Assembly (NCBI GenBank): GCA_965226885.1
Contig: CBDDEL010000013.1
Span: 98,480-162,479, forward strand
DNA length: 64,000 nt
From: Opitutales bacterium
GTDB lineage: Bacteria > Verrucomicrobiota > Verrucomicrobiia > Opitutales > UBA2987
Direction of reading: 5' to 3'
Shown: in pieces, positions 19,746 to 29,958 of the stretch
How positions within the stretch are numbered: position 1 is the first letter of the stretch
Layout: each line of letters opens with the position of its first letter
Notes under the pieces: model-generated
Databases searched by the model: none
Told to the model about the DNA's origin: nothing
Seen by the model: only the letters and a program-made list of their open reading frames with translations
Program-made: the position numbers and the translations under genes

Positions 19746-22211
19746 ATGAACTCGAATAAAAATACACTCAAATTCCGATTACTGTCGCTCTTAGGGGCAT
19801 TTTTGGTGATTGGATTGTCCCCTGCGTTCACTCAGGAAGAAGAAATTGAAGAACTTGAGGAGTTCTTTGTCAGCGATGTTCCCATCGAGGAAAGCATTCT
19901 TCCCACCACTCGCCCCTTCAGTTCCGTTTACGGCACCGGGCGCAGCATCATGGAAACCCCTCGAAACGTGACCATCATTTCACGTGAACAGCTCGACGCC
20001 ATCGCCATTTACGATGTGCGCGATTTCGTAAAATTAACCGCCAGCAGCTTTACCAAGACCAATTTCGGAGCGCCTTCCAATCCGAGCATTCGCACCCAGA
20101 CGGCAGATACCTTCGTCAATGGCATGCGGCGTGGTTTGACCAGCAACGGCAACGGATTGCAGGTAAATTTCAACGCGGTGGAATCGATCAACATCGTCAA
20201 AGGCGGACCGACGGCCATCTATGGCGCCTCCCAATATACCGGAGGTTATTCCGACCAGATTACGAAAAAGCCGTATTTCGATGCCCCCCGCGGCTCGGCC
20301 TCATTCACCATCGGGATGTACGACCAATATCGCTGGACGATTGATTATGGCAGGCCCATTAGCGATGAATTAGCTATACGTTTCAGCTATTCCGGCGAGG
20401 AAACGGGAAGTTATTATGAGTTCGGCAAGAAGGAATCTCAGGCCCTCTATGGCGCTTTGACCTGGAAACCGAGTGACAGGTACCGACTGGAATTCAATTT
20501 CGAGTACTTTCAGTCCAGTTATACTGAGAACTGGGGCATCAACCGAATTACCCAGGACCTAATCGACAATGGGATGTATCTGCCGGGGCAGATTTCACCG
20601 ACGGGAGTCCTTGTAGATGGTTTTGACGAGATGGACAGAAACCAGGACGGGGTGGTGAATTTATTCGATGTCCGCGGCTCAGACAACTTTATCAATTTTG
20701 GCGCTCCAGTTAAGATCAGCCGAACAAAACGTTTGCTGGCCCCAGGCGACGATTCATTCGGCCGCCAGTTCACGGCCCAGGCGATTCAAACATGGGAATT
20801 TAGCGACCGGTTTTCGATCTCCAATAATACGGCCTACAACTGGATCGACCGGGATACCTTCAGTTCCTATGGCTACAGTGAAGTGCTCATCGACAACGTC
20901 TCGATCGACAACCGGACTGAAGTTCGCCTCAATGTTGCCGATTCGGATAGTTTTACTGCGAACGTCAATTTCGGACTTCATTTCCGTTGGCAGAATGTTC
21001 TGGCCATGAATCTCTATTTCATCGAACCGGCCAATGTGCATGATCTCACGGTGCGCCCTTCAACGGTGGACGAAGCTCTTGCCGGCGGGTCGATTACGAG
21101 GCGGATTCCTCAGGAAGCTTTCGGCTTCATTGAGGTAGCCATCGCCGGGGAGAGACCACGAGGCATTCTTGCAGCTCGTTATGCCAATCCTGGGTTTAAT
21201 GGGGATACCGGCGATTCGCAGGCAACCCGCTTGGGGCCGTTCTTTCAACTCGATATGCAATTTGGTGAAAAGTTGAACTTTTTTGGCGGTTATCGCCGCG
21301 ATTACATGGATGTCAAATACAAGGAACCGTTCTCAGGTTTTGCAGGCGGGGCTTTCGCATTCGAGGCCGAGACCAAACAGCAGATGGAAAACTACAATGT
21401 GAGTCTCCTCTACCGGTTAAATAATAGGATGTCCACCTATTTCACCTACAACTTCAGTGAATCGGCCGCGGCCGGCACCGGTGGAGGATTTGTCCCCAGC
21501 GATCATGGCGGGATTGGTTTCGACGATTCCGACTTCCACAAGGAAAATTTTCTCTATGAAGCCGGCTTTAAGTTCAGTTTCAAGGAGGACACCCTGTTTA
21601 TTTCAACAGCCGCTTTTTATCAGGAGTTCGCCAACCCTTCCGTTAATGCTCTGGGCCAGTCAGTGGGCACTTTTGACAGAACCCGCCTGAGGGGTTTTGA
21701 AATCGAGGCCAATTACCAGCCCAAAAAGAGCTTCTACATGACCATGGGTTATAGCTATATCGATGCCACAATAGCGGCGGGAGCGTTTAGCGTCGCTCCC
21801 CGCTCGGTCGATCTTCAGCCAATTACGGATTCGTTCGGCATAACCTTGCAGCGAATTGAACTTAACGGCGCCCCGGACCACCTCTTTAATATGCTGGCTC
21901 ACTTCCAGTTTGATAATGGGATGTTCGTTAACACCGGTTTAGTCGTAACGTCGGAATTCAATACAGGATTTCATGGGGCATGCCTCGAGTTCGCGGCCGG
22001 GCCAGTCACTTGTATTTCCCCAGTGGTGCCTTGGCAGTACACCCTCGACATGGCTATTGGTTATGCAACGGATCGGTGGAAAGTAAAACTGGACTTGTTT
22101 AACCTGACGGACCAGAAAAACTGGTCGCCGCCGCACCGTGTCTACGGCACTGAATCTTTGCTGGCGGAACTTCCCATCCGGGCAGAATTGACTTTCAAGT
22201 ACATGTGGTAG
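19746..22211 (+). CDS. TonB-dependent outer-membrane receptor
   Basis: Signal peptide; plug motifs (ETPRNVTIISREQL, NAVESINIVKGGPTAIYG); beta-barrel pattern; C-terminal aromatic residue (FKYMW). Confidence 0.9.
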   Translation: MNSNKNTLKFRLLSLLGAFLVIGLSPAFTQEEEIEELEEFFVSDVPIEESILPTTRPFSSVYGTGRSIMETPRNVTIISREQLDAIAIYDVRDFVKLTASSFTKTNFGAPSNPSIRTQTADTFVNGMRRGLTSNGNGLQVNFNAVESINIVKGGPTAIYGASQYTGGYSDQITKKPYFDAPRGSASFTIGMYDQYRWTIDYGRPISDELAIRFSYSGEETGSYYEFGKKESQALYGALTWKPSDRYRLEFNFEYFQSSYTENWGINRITQDLIDNGMYLPGQISPTGVLVDGFDEMDRNQDGVVNLFDVRGSDNFINFGAPVKISRTKRLLAPGDDSFGRQFTAQAIQTWEFSDRFSISNNTAYNWIDRDTFSSYGYSEVLIDNVSIDNRTEVRLNVADSDSFTANVNFGLHFRWQNVLAMNLYFIEPANVHDLTVRPSTVDEALAGGSITRRIPQEAFGFIEVAIAGERPRGILAARYANPGFNGDTGDSQATRLGPFFQLDMQFGEKLNFFGGYRRDYMDVKYKEPFSGFAGGAFAFEAETKQQMENYNVSLLYRLNNRMSTYFTYNFSESAAAGTGGGFVPSDHGGIGFDDSDFHKENFLYEAGFKFSFKEDTLFISTAAFYQEFANPSVNALGQSVGTFDRTRLRGFEIEANYQPKKSFYMTMGYSYIDATIAAGAFSVAPRSVDLQPITDSFGITLQRIELNGAPDHLFNMLAHFQFDNGMFVNTGLVVTSEFNTGFHGACLEFAAGPVTCISPVVPWQYTLDMAIGYATDRWKVKLDLFNLTDQKNWSPPHRVYGTESLLAELPIRAELTFKYMW

Positions 22212-22256
22212 TTAGGATTTAAAGCCTGCATTTAAAAAAACTTAACCTTTGATAAG

Positions 22257-22290
22257 AAAATCCCCACATTGAATTGCGGGGATTTTTTTT
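22257..22290 (+). terminator. Rho-independent terminator after the TonB-dependent receptor
   Basis: AAAATCCCCACA-loop-TGCGGGGATTTT stem (one mismatch) followed by a T-run. Confidence 0.75.
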
Positions 22291-22425
22291 GGAGTATTTG
22301 AAAAGCCGTCGCAAGCGACGGAAAATAATCAAGTTCATTGCAACTGAGCAAAAGCCTGGCCAGAATTGATCATGCCATTATATCTTATTTAAGCGATTAA
22401 GAGTATTTTCAAACGGTTTTGATTC

Positions 22426-24018
22426 ATGAAACGATTTGTCAAAGGGGACCTGGATGGATTTTTTGCCCTGGGGCTGGACAACATGATTATGTTCCTGCTC
22501 ATGAGCAACCTGTGCTTGGGGTTCCTCGGGTTTTCCATCGATTTGTTTTATGGCCGCATATTGCCGGCCATGGCGGTCGGACTGATTATTGGAAATGTGT
22601 TTTATGCCCGCCAGGCCCTGCAATTGGCAAAAAAGGAGAACCGGGACGATGTCTGCGCCATTCCCTACGGCACGAACCTGGTAACCGTCATTGTTTACAG
22701 TTTTCTGGTAATGTATCCGGCCCAGCAAAAGGCACTGGCGGAAGGATTGAACAAGGAGGCTGCCGATGTCATCGCCTGGCACGCCGGGCTCATCGCCTGC
22801 CTGGGTTCCGGTTTGATCGAGTTTTTTGGGGCCTTCGTGGTGGAGCGCATCCGCAAGGTGACCCCGAGGGCGGCCCTTCTGGCTGCCTTGGCCGGAATCG
22901 GGATCGCCTTTATCGGGATGGATTACGTCTTTCGCACCTACGCCTATCCGTTGATCGGGTTTACCACCCTGGGACTCACTCTGCTTGTTTATTTTGGGAA
23001 AGTTAAGTTTAAGCTGGGGCTGCCGGGAGGGTTTGTGGTTGTCGCCACCGGCACTATTATTGCCTGGGTCATGCATTATACGGGAGGGGCCGACCTGGTA
23101 CCGGTTGGGTCCCTCGATTTCAGTCAAATCGGACTTCGCTTACCCATCCCGCCGATTTGGGACATCATAGCGTCGTTCAGTTATCTGGTCGAATACCTGC
23201 CCATAATCGTGCCCATGGGTTTTATCAACCTTGTCCTTTCCTTGCAAAATATTGAATCCGCAGCTGCAGCGGGCGATTCCTTCGAGAGTAAACCAGCCCT
23301 CGCCTTCAACGGTTTGGGGACCATCGGGGCGGCTCTTTGCGGGGCGCCTTTTCCGACCTCCATTTACATCGGCCATCCCGGGTGGAAGGCGATCGGGGCG
23401 CGGGCCGGTTACTCGACCCTCAACGCCATCGTCTGGTCGGCTGTCTGTTTTTCCGGAACGCTCAGTTTTATCGTCTATTTCATCCCTATCGAGGCGGGTA
23501 TGGCCATCCTCATCTGGATCGGGGTGATGATGGGGGCGCAGGCCTTTCAAGCGACCCCCAGGCATCATGCGCCAGCGGTTATCATTGGAATGATACCGGT
23601 CCTGGCAGCCTACATGGCTCTGGGGATAAAGCACGCCTTGTTCGTTGGCGGCGCGATTTCCGGAAAACCACTTTTTAACGCACAAACGACCGATGCCTTC
23701 GTCGGCCTGAGGCAATTTTACGCCGACGGCGCATTCGCCCTGGAGCAAGGCTGGGTCTATACCTCGATTGTTCTTTCCGCCGCCACCATCTGTATTATCG
23801 AAAGAAAATTCCGTCATGCTTCGTGCTGGTTTTTAATAGGGGCAGTATTGTCCGCCATCGGCTTCATGCACACCTATGAATTCATGCCCACGGATGTGGT
23901 CGGGCGCCTCACCCTGTCACTGCCCAAATGGACGTGGGGCTACCTGGTTCTGGCCGCCATCATGTTCATCGCTCCCTGGATCACGCTGCCCAAAGACGAT
24001 TCGGAACCGCCGGTGTGA
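22426..24018 (+). CDS. Nucleobase (NCS2/AzgA-like) permease
   Basis: GDLDGFFALGLDN start, multiple TM helices, PFPTSIYIGHPGWKAIGARAGYS; adjacent to adenine deaminase. Confidence 0.75.
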   Translation: MKRFVKGDLDGFFALGLDNMIMFLLMSNLCLGFLGFSIDLFYGRILPAMAVGLIIGNVFYARQALQLAKKENRDDVCAIPYGTNLVTVIVYSFLVMYPAQQKALAEGLNKEAADVIAWHAGLIACLGSGLIEFFGAFVVERIRKVTPRAALLAALAGIGIAFIGMDYVFRTYAYPLIGFTTLGLTLLVYFGKVKFKLGLPGGFVVVATGTIIAWVMHYTGGADLVPVGSLDFSQIGLRLPIPPIWDIIASFSYLVEYLPIIVPMGFINLVLSLQNIESAAAAGDSFESKPALAFNGLGTIGAALCGAPFPTSIYIGHPGWKAIGARAGYSTLNAIVWSAVCFSGTLSFIVYFIPIEAGMAILIWIGVMMGAQAFQATPRHHAPAVIIGMIPVLAAYMALGIKHALFVGGAISGKPLFNAQTTDAFVGLRQFYADGAFALEQGWVYTSIVLSAATICIIERKFRHASCWFLIGAVLSAIGFMHTYEFMPTDVVGRLTLSLPKWTWGYLVLAAIMFIAPWITLPKDDSEPPV

Positions 24019-24045
24019 TTTTCAAATGCCGGCCTGACCGGCCTG

Positions 24046-24787
24046 CTAATTGTGCGGGATTATCTCGGTGGGATGAATCAGGATCTCCTCAATGGCGGCT
24101 TGCCTGGGCAAGTTGAGAACCAGAGAAACACATTCGGCGATATCCTCGGGCTGCAACATCTGTGAACGGGCCTCGGCCGTCGGCGGATGGGGCCGCTTGT
24201 CCAGCAGTGGGGTATTAATATCTCCGGGGAAAATGCCGCAGGCGCGGATTCCGTTGCGACGCTCCTCCTTGTTGATAGTTTCGGTGAGACCAGCCAGGCC
24301 GAATTTTGATGCTGAATAAGCGGCGCCGGCTTTTTCCGAAACCCATTTACCGGCAACTGAATTGATGTTGACAATGGTTCCTTCTCGCTGGTTTCGCATG
24401 GTCGGCAACACCGCCTGGATACAGTTAAAAGCTCCTTCCAGATTGGTTTTCAGGACGAGCTGAAAGTCCTCCAATGTGACCGTTTTCAAAGAGCGTTTGG
24501 CAATAGCGTTTGGCAATGTTCAAGCCGGCCGAGTTGACGAGGGCACCCAGGCCGCCAAATTTTGCCAAGACACCTGCGGCCATGGCGAAAATCGCTTTGG
24601 AATCGGTAATATCGCAAGGACATACCCTACAGTCTTCCGGCTGGTTTTGACACAAATCGGCCGTCCCCTGCAATGTATGTTCGCTTCGTCCCACGAGGGC
24701 GATTTGCCAGCCTGACCGGGCAAGCTTGATGGCGATCGGCCGGGCCACACCGCTGCCCGCTCCAGTTATGACTATAGTTTTATTCAT
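24046..24787 (-). pseudogene. SDR oxidoreductase frameshifted by a 13-bp tandem duplication
   Basis: ITGAGSG in the 5' ORF and YSASK in the 3' ORF; AGCGTTTGGCAAT x2 at 24492-24517; removing one copy gives 243 codons. Confidence 0.85.
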
Positions 24788-24949
24788 TGCTTATCGATTC
24801 ATCAGGCAACCGGGATCGGTTTCAGAATTTTCCACAAAAAACAAATGGTTCAGGCCTGACAATCGAATTTTTCGCCGAAGTTTTTTCAATCTTATCCAAG
24901 TCTCCAACCAAAGGCTTGTTTTTCGATTCCACTGGTCTAAAATCAGGGA

Positions 24950-26301
24950 ATGGCTTTGGAAATAGAAATCCCAACCGGTGAGAGAGCGAAACCGTTTTCG
25001 GAAATACCCTTTTTTGAACCTCAGGGAGGCGCAAATTCCGATTGCAGCGCCGGGTATTTCAAGGGGCCGACCTCCTTTTTCACAGACACTTACCGCCAGA
25101 TGGGCCCCATTTTTCGCTGCCGCCTTTATGGGCAGGAAAGGGTAGCCATGGGTGGCGTGGAAGCCAATCGATTCACCTGGGGCGACAAAACGCTGTGGAA
25201 TTACTATAAATCCAACCGGATTTTCCGCGAGCAATTTAGCAGGCGCTACCTCAACCAGCTACAGGGTTCGGAATACACCAAAAAACGCCGCCGGATTAAT
25301 CAGGGGTTCAAGCCTAGCATGCTCATGAGCCACTGTGGGAGCATGCCGATGTTATTTTCGAGGAAATTGAAAACCTGGCCGGACGGGAGGTTAATCTGCG
25401 GCTGTTCTGCATGAAATTGATTATTTGCATGACCAGCCGGGTGCTTCTGCAACAAAGGCTACCGGAGGGAATGGACGAGACAATGGCCATCAGCAACAAA
25501 GAGATGCTACGTGCCAGCAGTCTGGGGAAATGGCGGCGTCTGTGGTACTGGTATCCGCCAAAACGGTACCGGCGAAGGAAAATATTCAAGTATCTCAACC
25601 AGGTGATCGATGAGCGGGAGAAAAATCCGGTGGAGAGGGACGACATCATGTCCTTGATCCTCAAAGCCCATCCCAAGGAGGAGCCGCCCCTGCCGCGTTA
25701 TGAACTGGTGCACGATTTATCGCAATTATTCATGGGCGGCTCGACGACCACGGCGGTCCTCATCCTATGGGGCCTTCTGCACACCTACCTGGACAAGGAT
25801 TGGCTGGAAGAACTGCGCGAGGAACTCACGCAGTGGGATGCGGGTAGCTTCGCCGGTATGAGCGATTTTCCCAAGCTTCGCGCGACCTGCCTGGAAATCG
25901 AGCGATTGAGGCCCTCCGTCCCCATTTTCCTGCGCATAGCGGCCCGCGATTTCGATTTCGGGGGTTATAATGTGCCGAAAGATACGCCCGTTCTCCATTT
26001 GCACACGCTTTGTCATTTTCTGAAGGAGTTTTACGAGCAACCGCGCAAATTCAACCCGCGTCGCTTTCTCGAAAACCCGCAATTGCCGGAGAGGGACGTG
26101 CACGGGACCTATGGCGGGGGCGAGCACCGCTGCGTGGGCCAGAACCTGGCCAGGATACTGCCCGCCGTGACCCTGGGCGCCCTGGTCTCGCGTTACGACC
26201 TGCAATTTACCACCGGCATCCCCACGATGGCCGAGCGGTTCGATGTGGGGCCGGTCCCGATCGAAGACCCCATCAAAGCCAAATGGGTGCCCAGAAGTTG
26301 A
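24950..26301 (+). pseudogene. Cytochrome P450 with a 1-bp deletion (real or sequencing error)
   Basis: ExxR (EIERLRP), heme motif YGGGEHRCVG; adding one G near 25345 (ATG GCC GAT) joins the two ORFs into 451 codons. Confidence 0.8.
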
Positions 26302-26394
26302 GTTGAGGAGATTTTATGCAAATAAAAAGTGCGCGGAAGCCTCTTTGAAACCGTCCGGTGACGGAAAGAAATAGAGTGCCGGGCGGTTGTCTTA

Positions 26395-27525
26395 TACCAA
26401 ATCTCATTAGGTATGATAATAAGTTATTTGGCAGAAGCGTTTGCTTGAATGTGCTGCCAGCCTCCGCCAACTAAAGAGAGGACTTTTTCAGTGTCCTCCC
26501 ACCAGTCTTTGAGATGGGTTGCGACGACTTCTTCGAGTCGCTCAATGCTCGGCCACAGTTTGTTGGCCGTTTGATCCTGTATCATATCCCAAAGTCTTTC
26601 AATCGGGTTGAGTTCAGGACTATACGGCGGCAAATTCACGATATGTATGCCCGGGGGGACGTTGGGGTGCTCCGAGTCGTGCGGATGGAAGCCTGCCCCG
26701 TCCCATACAACCACATGTTCCTCCTCAGGATATTGCTTTTTGATCTGTTGGAGGAAAGCCTCCGTCCACTGTAGATTCGTGCTAGGGGTTTGGATGCATA
26801 CCATCTCGCCGTTGACCACGTCGAGGGCTCCGTAACAGTAGCTCCACTGGTATCTTGTCTGATATTTTTTGTGCGGCCGAAGCCCTCTTTGCGTCCAGCA
26901 CCGGCGGTACACCGGAAGCAAACCAAAACGGCTTTCATCGGCAAACCACACCCGAACCCGATTGCCTCGGGTGAGGGAAAGCTCCTGGAGGATCTTAAAA
27001 AAGTCTCGCTTGAACGCTTCCGCTTTTGCCGAGTCCCGTTTCTCATGCACGGGGCGAGGGACTCGAAGCACCCCGGCGCATTTTTTTAGCCATCGCCACA
27101 CCGTCTTGTAGGCGAAGGAGCGCCCGAAATGTCGCTCCAGCTCTTGCCCCGCCTGAACGGCTGTGTTCCAGCGCGCGACCTTCAAACCATTGAGCAAGAA
27201 GGCCTCCACCTCTTTGTCGCAACGGCTTTTGATCCCGCCTTTGTAGGCGCGTGTAAGCACCGCCCCGAGCCCTGCAGCACGATATTTGTCAAACCAACGC
27301 TGGATCGTCGCTTTGCCTCGGCCCACGATGGCTCCAATTTCATCAATGCTGTGGTGCGGCTGGAAGCCCATTTTTAATGCCACCAAACGCTCTTTACGCC
27401 AGCTGACAGCCTCTTTGTTGAGCAATTTCTTGATACGTTCACGGTCTTCATCGGTTCCCATATATCTTCTCATTCCGCCTTTATAGCTGTTTTTTAATCT
27501 TTATCAATCCTTTTGCGATTTGGTA
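26395..27525 (-). mobile_element. IS630-family insertion sequence, 1131 bp
   Basis: Imperfect terminal inverted repeats TACCAAATC...GATTTGGTA; flanking TTA direct repeat at 26392-26394 and 27526-27528. Confidence 0.85.
26424..27473 (-). CDS. IS630-family transposase
   Basis: N-terminal HTH domains; DESRFG, WDGAGFH, LPPYSPELNPIERLW. Confidence 0.92.
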   Translation of the reverse strand: MRRYMGTDEDRERIKKLLNKEAVSWRKERLVALKMGFQPHHSIDEIGAIVGRGKATIQRWFDKYRAAGLGAVLTRAYKGGIKSRCDKEVEAFLLNGLKVARWNTAVQAGQELERHFGRSFAYKTVWRWLKKCAGVLRVPRPVHEKRDSAKAEAFKRDFFKILQELSLTRGNRVRVWFADESRFGLLPVYRRCWTQRGLRPHKKYQTRYQWSYCYGALDVVNGEMVCIQTPSTNLQWTEAFLQQIKKQYPEEEHVVVWDGAGFHPHDSEHPNVPPGIHIVNLPPYSPELNPIERLWDMIQDQTANKLWPSIERLEEVVATHLKDWWEDTEKVLSLVGGGWQHIQANASAK

Positions 27526-27975
27526 TTATTCCGTGGTGGTTTCCCTTTGCCCCTGCAAGGCCGCTTCGAGGGCATGCCAAGCCAAGGTGGCGCATTTAAT
27601 ACGGGCGGGGAAAAGGCGCACCCCGGAGAGAGAAGCGAGGTCTCCGAAATCGAGAAAATCAATCTCCTTCTCCACTTCTTCGGCCAGCATATCCAGAAAG
27701 CGTTTGAACTCGGCCTTCGCCTCGGCCTGGGTTTTGCCTTTGAGATCGACCGTCATGAGCGAAGCCGAGGCTTTGGATATGGCGCAGCCCTGGCCCTGAA
27801 AACTGATGTCCTCGATCTTGTCGCCATCGAGCTTTAAAAACACCTTTATCTCGTCGCCGCAAATGGGGTTGTAGCCATCCGCGGAACAGGTCGGCTCTTC
27901 CAGGGCGCGATAATTGCGCGGTCGCCTGTTGTGGTCCAGGATGATCTCCTGATAAAGATCGAAAAGCTCATTCAT
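27526..27975 (-). CDS. sufU: SUF system NifU-family Fe-S assembly protein SufU
   Basis: LYQEIILDH, NPICGD, GCAISKASAS, RIKCATL. Confidence 0.93.
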   Translation of the reverse strand: MNELFDLYQEIILDHNRRPRNYRALEEPTCSADGYNPICGDEIKVFLKLDGDKIEDISFQGQGCAISKASASLMTVDLKGKTQAEAKAEFKRFLDMLAEEVEKEIDFLDFGDLASLSGVRLFPARIKCATLAWHALEAALQGQRETTTE

Positions 27976-29240
27976 CTTTTAAAAAATCGAACTATTTTGC
28001 GAAGGGATTCGGCCACTTTATCGACTTCCTCCCTGGTGTTGTAAATGCTGAAGGAGGCGCGGGCCGTTCCAGACAGACCGAGGCGGTTCATGAGGGGCTG
28101 GGCGCAATGATGCCCGGCCCGTATAGCGATGCCGTCCTGGTCCAGAAATGTGCTGATGTCGTGAGGATGCACATCGTTCAGGACAAAGGAGAGGACTGCG
28201 GCTTTTTGCGGGGCCGTGCCAATGATGCGCAGGCCGTCGATGCCGCTGAATTGCTCGGTGGCGTAGTGGAGGATTGCCTGCTCGTAGGCGGCGATTTTAT
28301 CAAGCCCGATTTCCTCCATGAAATCGAGGGCCGCCGATAGACCGATGCTCCCGGCGATGTGGGGGGTTCCCGCCTCGAATCGTCCCGGGTATTCGAGGTA
28401 GCGGGTTTTCTCGAAGGTAACCGATTGAATCATGCCGCCGCCGCCTTGGTAGGGTGGCATTTCGCGCAGCCATTTATCTTTTCCGTAGAGAACGCCGATC
28501 CCGGTCGGGGCAAATACTTTGTGGCCCGAAAACACGAAAAAATCGCAATCGAGGGCCTGTACATCGACTTTCATGTGGGGGGCCGACTGGGCGCCGTCCA
28601 CCACTACCGGGATGCCTTTTTGGCGCGCTTCCCGGCACATCTCGGCAATGGGAACCACCGTGCCGATGGCATTGGAAACATGGGACAAGGCCACGATGCG
28701 CGTTCGCTCGTTGAGGAATTTCCGGTGGGCTTCGAGATCGAGCACGCCGCGGTCATCCATGGGGATAACCTTGATGACGGCGCCCACGGCTTCCGCCACC
28801 AATTGCCAGGGAACAATGTTGGAATGGTGCTCGAGGGTGGAAATGAGAATTTCGTCTCCGGAGCGGATGCGCTGCCGCCCGAAGGTTTGCGCCACCAGGT
28901 TGATGCCCTCGGTGGTGCCCCGCACAAAAATGACCTGCCGTTCACTGGGAGCATTGATAAATCTGGCCACCCGGCAGCGCGCTTCCTCATAAGCCTCCGT
29001 GGCCTGCTCGCTGAGATAATGTATGCCCCGATGAATGTTGGCGTTTTGATCCGTGTAATATTCGTTTAAAACATCGATCACCGATTGGGGCTTCTGAGTT
29101 GTGGCGGCATTGTCCAGGTAGATGAAAGGATTCCCCCGGATACGTTTAGCGAGTATGGGAAACCGAGCCCGCAACTCATTCACATCGAAGCTGGTATCAA
29201 TCCGATTCCCACCCAGGGCGGTCTGGCTGCTTTCAGTCAT
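27972..29240 (-). CDS. sufS: Cysteine desulfurase SufS
   Basis: YLDNAATTQKP, EHHSNIVPW, FSGHK, RAGHHCAQP. Confidence 0.95.
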   Translation of the reverse strand: MTESSQTALGGNRIDTSFDVNELRARFPILAKRIRGNPFIYLDNAATTQKPQSVIDVLNEYYTDQNANIHRGIHYLSEQATEAYEEARCRVARFINAPSERQVIFVRGTTEGINLVAQTFGRQRIRSGDEILISTLEHHSNIVPWQLVAEAVGAVIKVIPMDDRGVLDLEAHRKFLNERTRIVALSHVSNAIGTVVPIAEMCREARQKGIPVVVDGAQSAPHMKVDVQALDCDFFVFSGHKVFAPTGIGVLYGKDKWLREMPPYQGGGGMIQSVTFEKTRYLEYPGRFEAGTPHIAGSIGLSAALDFMEEIGLDKIAAYEQAILHYATEQFSGIDGLRIIGTAPQKAAVLSFVLNDVHPHDISTFLDQDGIAIRAGHHCAQPLMNRLGLSGTARASFSIYNTREEVDKVAESLRKIVRFFKR

Positions 29241-29455
29241 TTACTACGACAATTATGAGTTAAAAAATTCAGAAATCAAATTTACCACAGCAAACGGCAG
29301 CCGTCACCTTAATTTTTTGCCCCCTCAACAAGAGGTTCTGGGTCGGGTTTTTGCCTATTGAGTAGTGTGTTATAGTATTGCGTGGAATCCCCAGGTTCAA
29401 AAAATATCTTGATCTCACAAAATATTAATTATGACTGTTGACCCCTTTATATTCA

Positions 29456-29923
29456 CTACTTGACGACGTCCTGAGTGCTTCGTTCAAAAGTTTTCGCTGT
29501 TCCATCTCCGTCTTGAGGAGCGTATAAAAACACTATAGGATTTTTCCTTCTGTCTGCAATCAAAATGGAGCCAGAGCCGTCACTCAACGAGGATAACGTT
29601 ACAACCGGTACCGATTTTGTATTAAACAACTCTATCGCTCCATCGTATAATTTCGTTGAGCCAATATCCAAAATCATTGTGTTATTTTTATTAAAAACAC
29701 GAATTCTACCATTTTCCCCGTCATCAACTGAATGGGAAATTGTTGTTCCTCCTCCCGAATTCAATATGTCCAATCGTTTCGTTCGTAGTTGACTATAAGT
29801 TAAGAAAAACGGGGCAAGCGCAACCCAAGCGCAGATAATAATTGCAAAAACGATAGCACTTCGTTTAAGTGCAGAATATTCTGACCGTAATTCAGCTATT
29901 TTTTTTGAATCGCTATTGCTCAT
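29456..29923 (-). CDS. Hypothetical membrane-anchored protein (low GC)
   Basis: ATG at 29923; short coiled segment, one TM helix, beta-rich C-terminus; the longer track ORF starts inside the IS5 end. Confidence 0.55.
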   Translation of the reverse strand: MSNSDSKKIAELRSEYSALKRSAIVFAIIICAWVALAPFFLTYSQLRTKRLDILNSGGGTTISHSVDDGENGRIRVFNKNNTMILDIGSTKLYDGAIELFNTKSVPVVTLSSLSDGSGSILIADRRKNPIVFLYAPQDGDGTAKTFERSTQDVVK

Positions 29924-29958
29924 CGGATTTCCTTTGTTTGAAATTTGTTTGTTAATTA

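Noticed and set aside
24046-24787. Programmed frameshifting as the explanation for the split SDR, P450 and rsmH genes
   Set aside because: No slippery heptamers at the break points; each is explained by a simple duplication or 1-bp indel. Only the IS1 A8C site fits programmed frameshifting.
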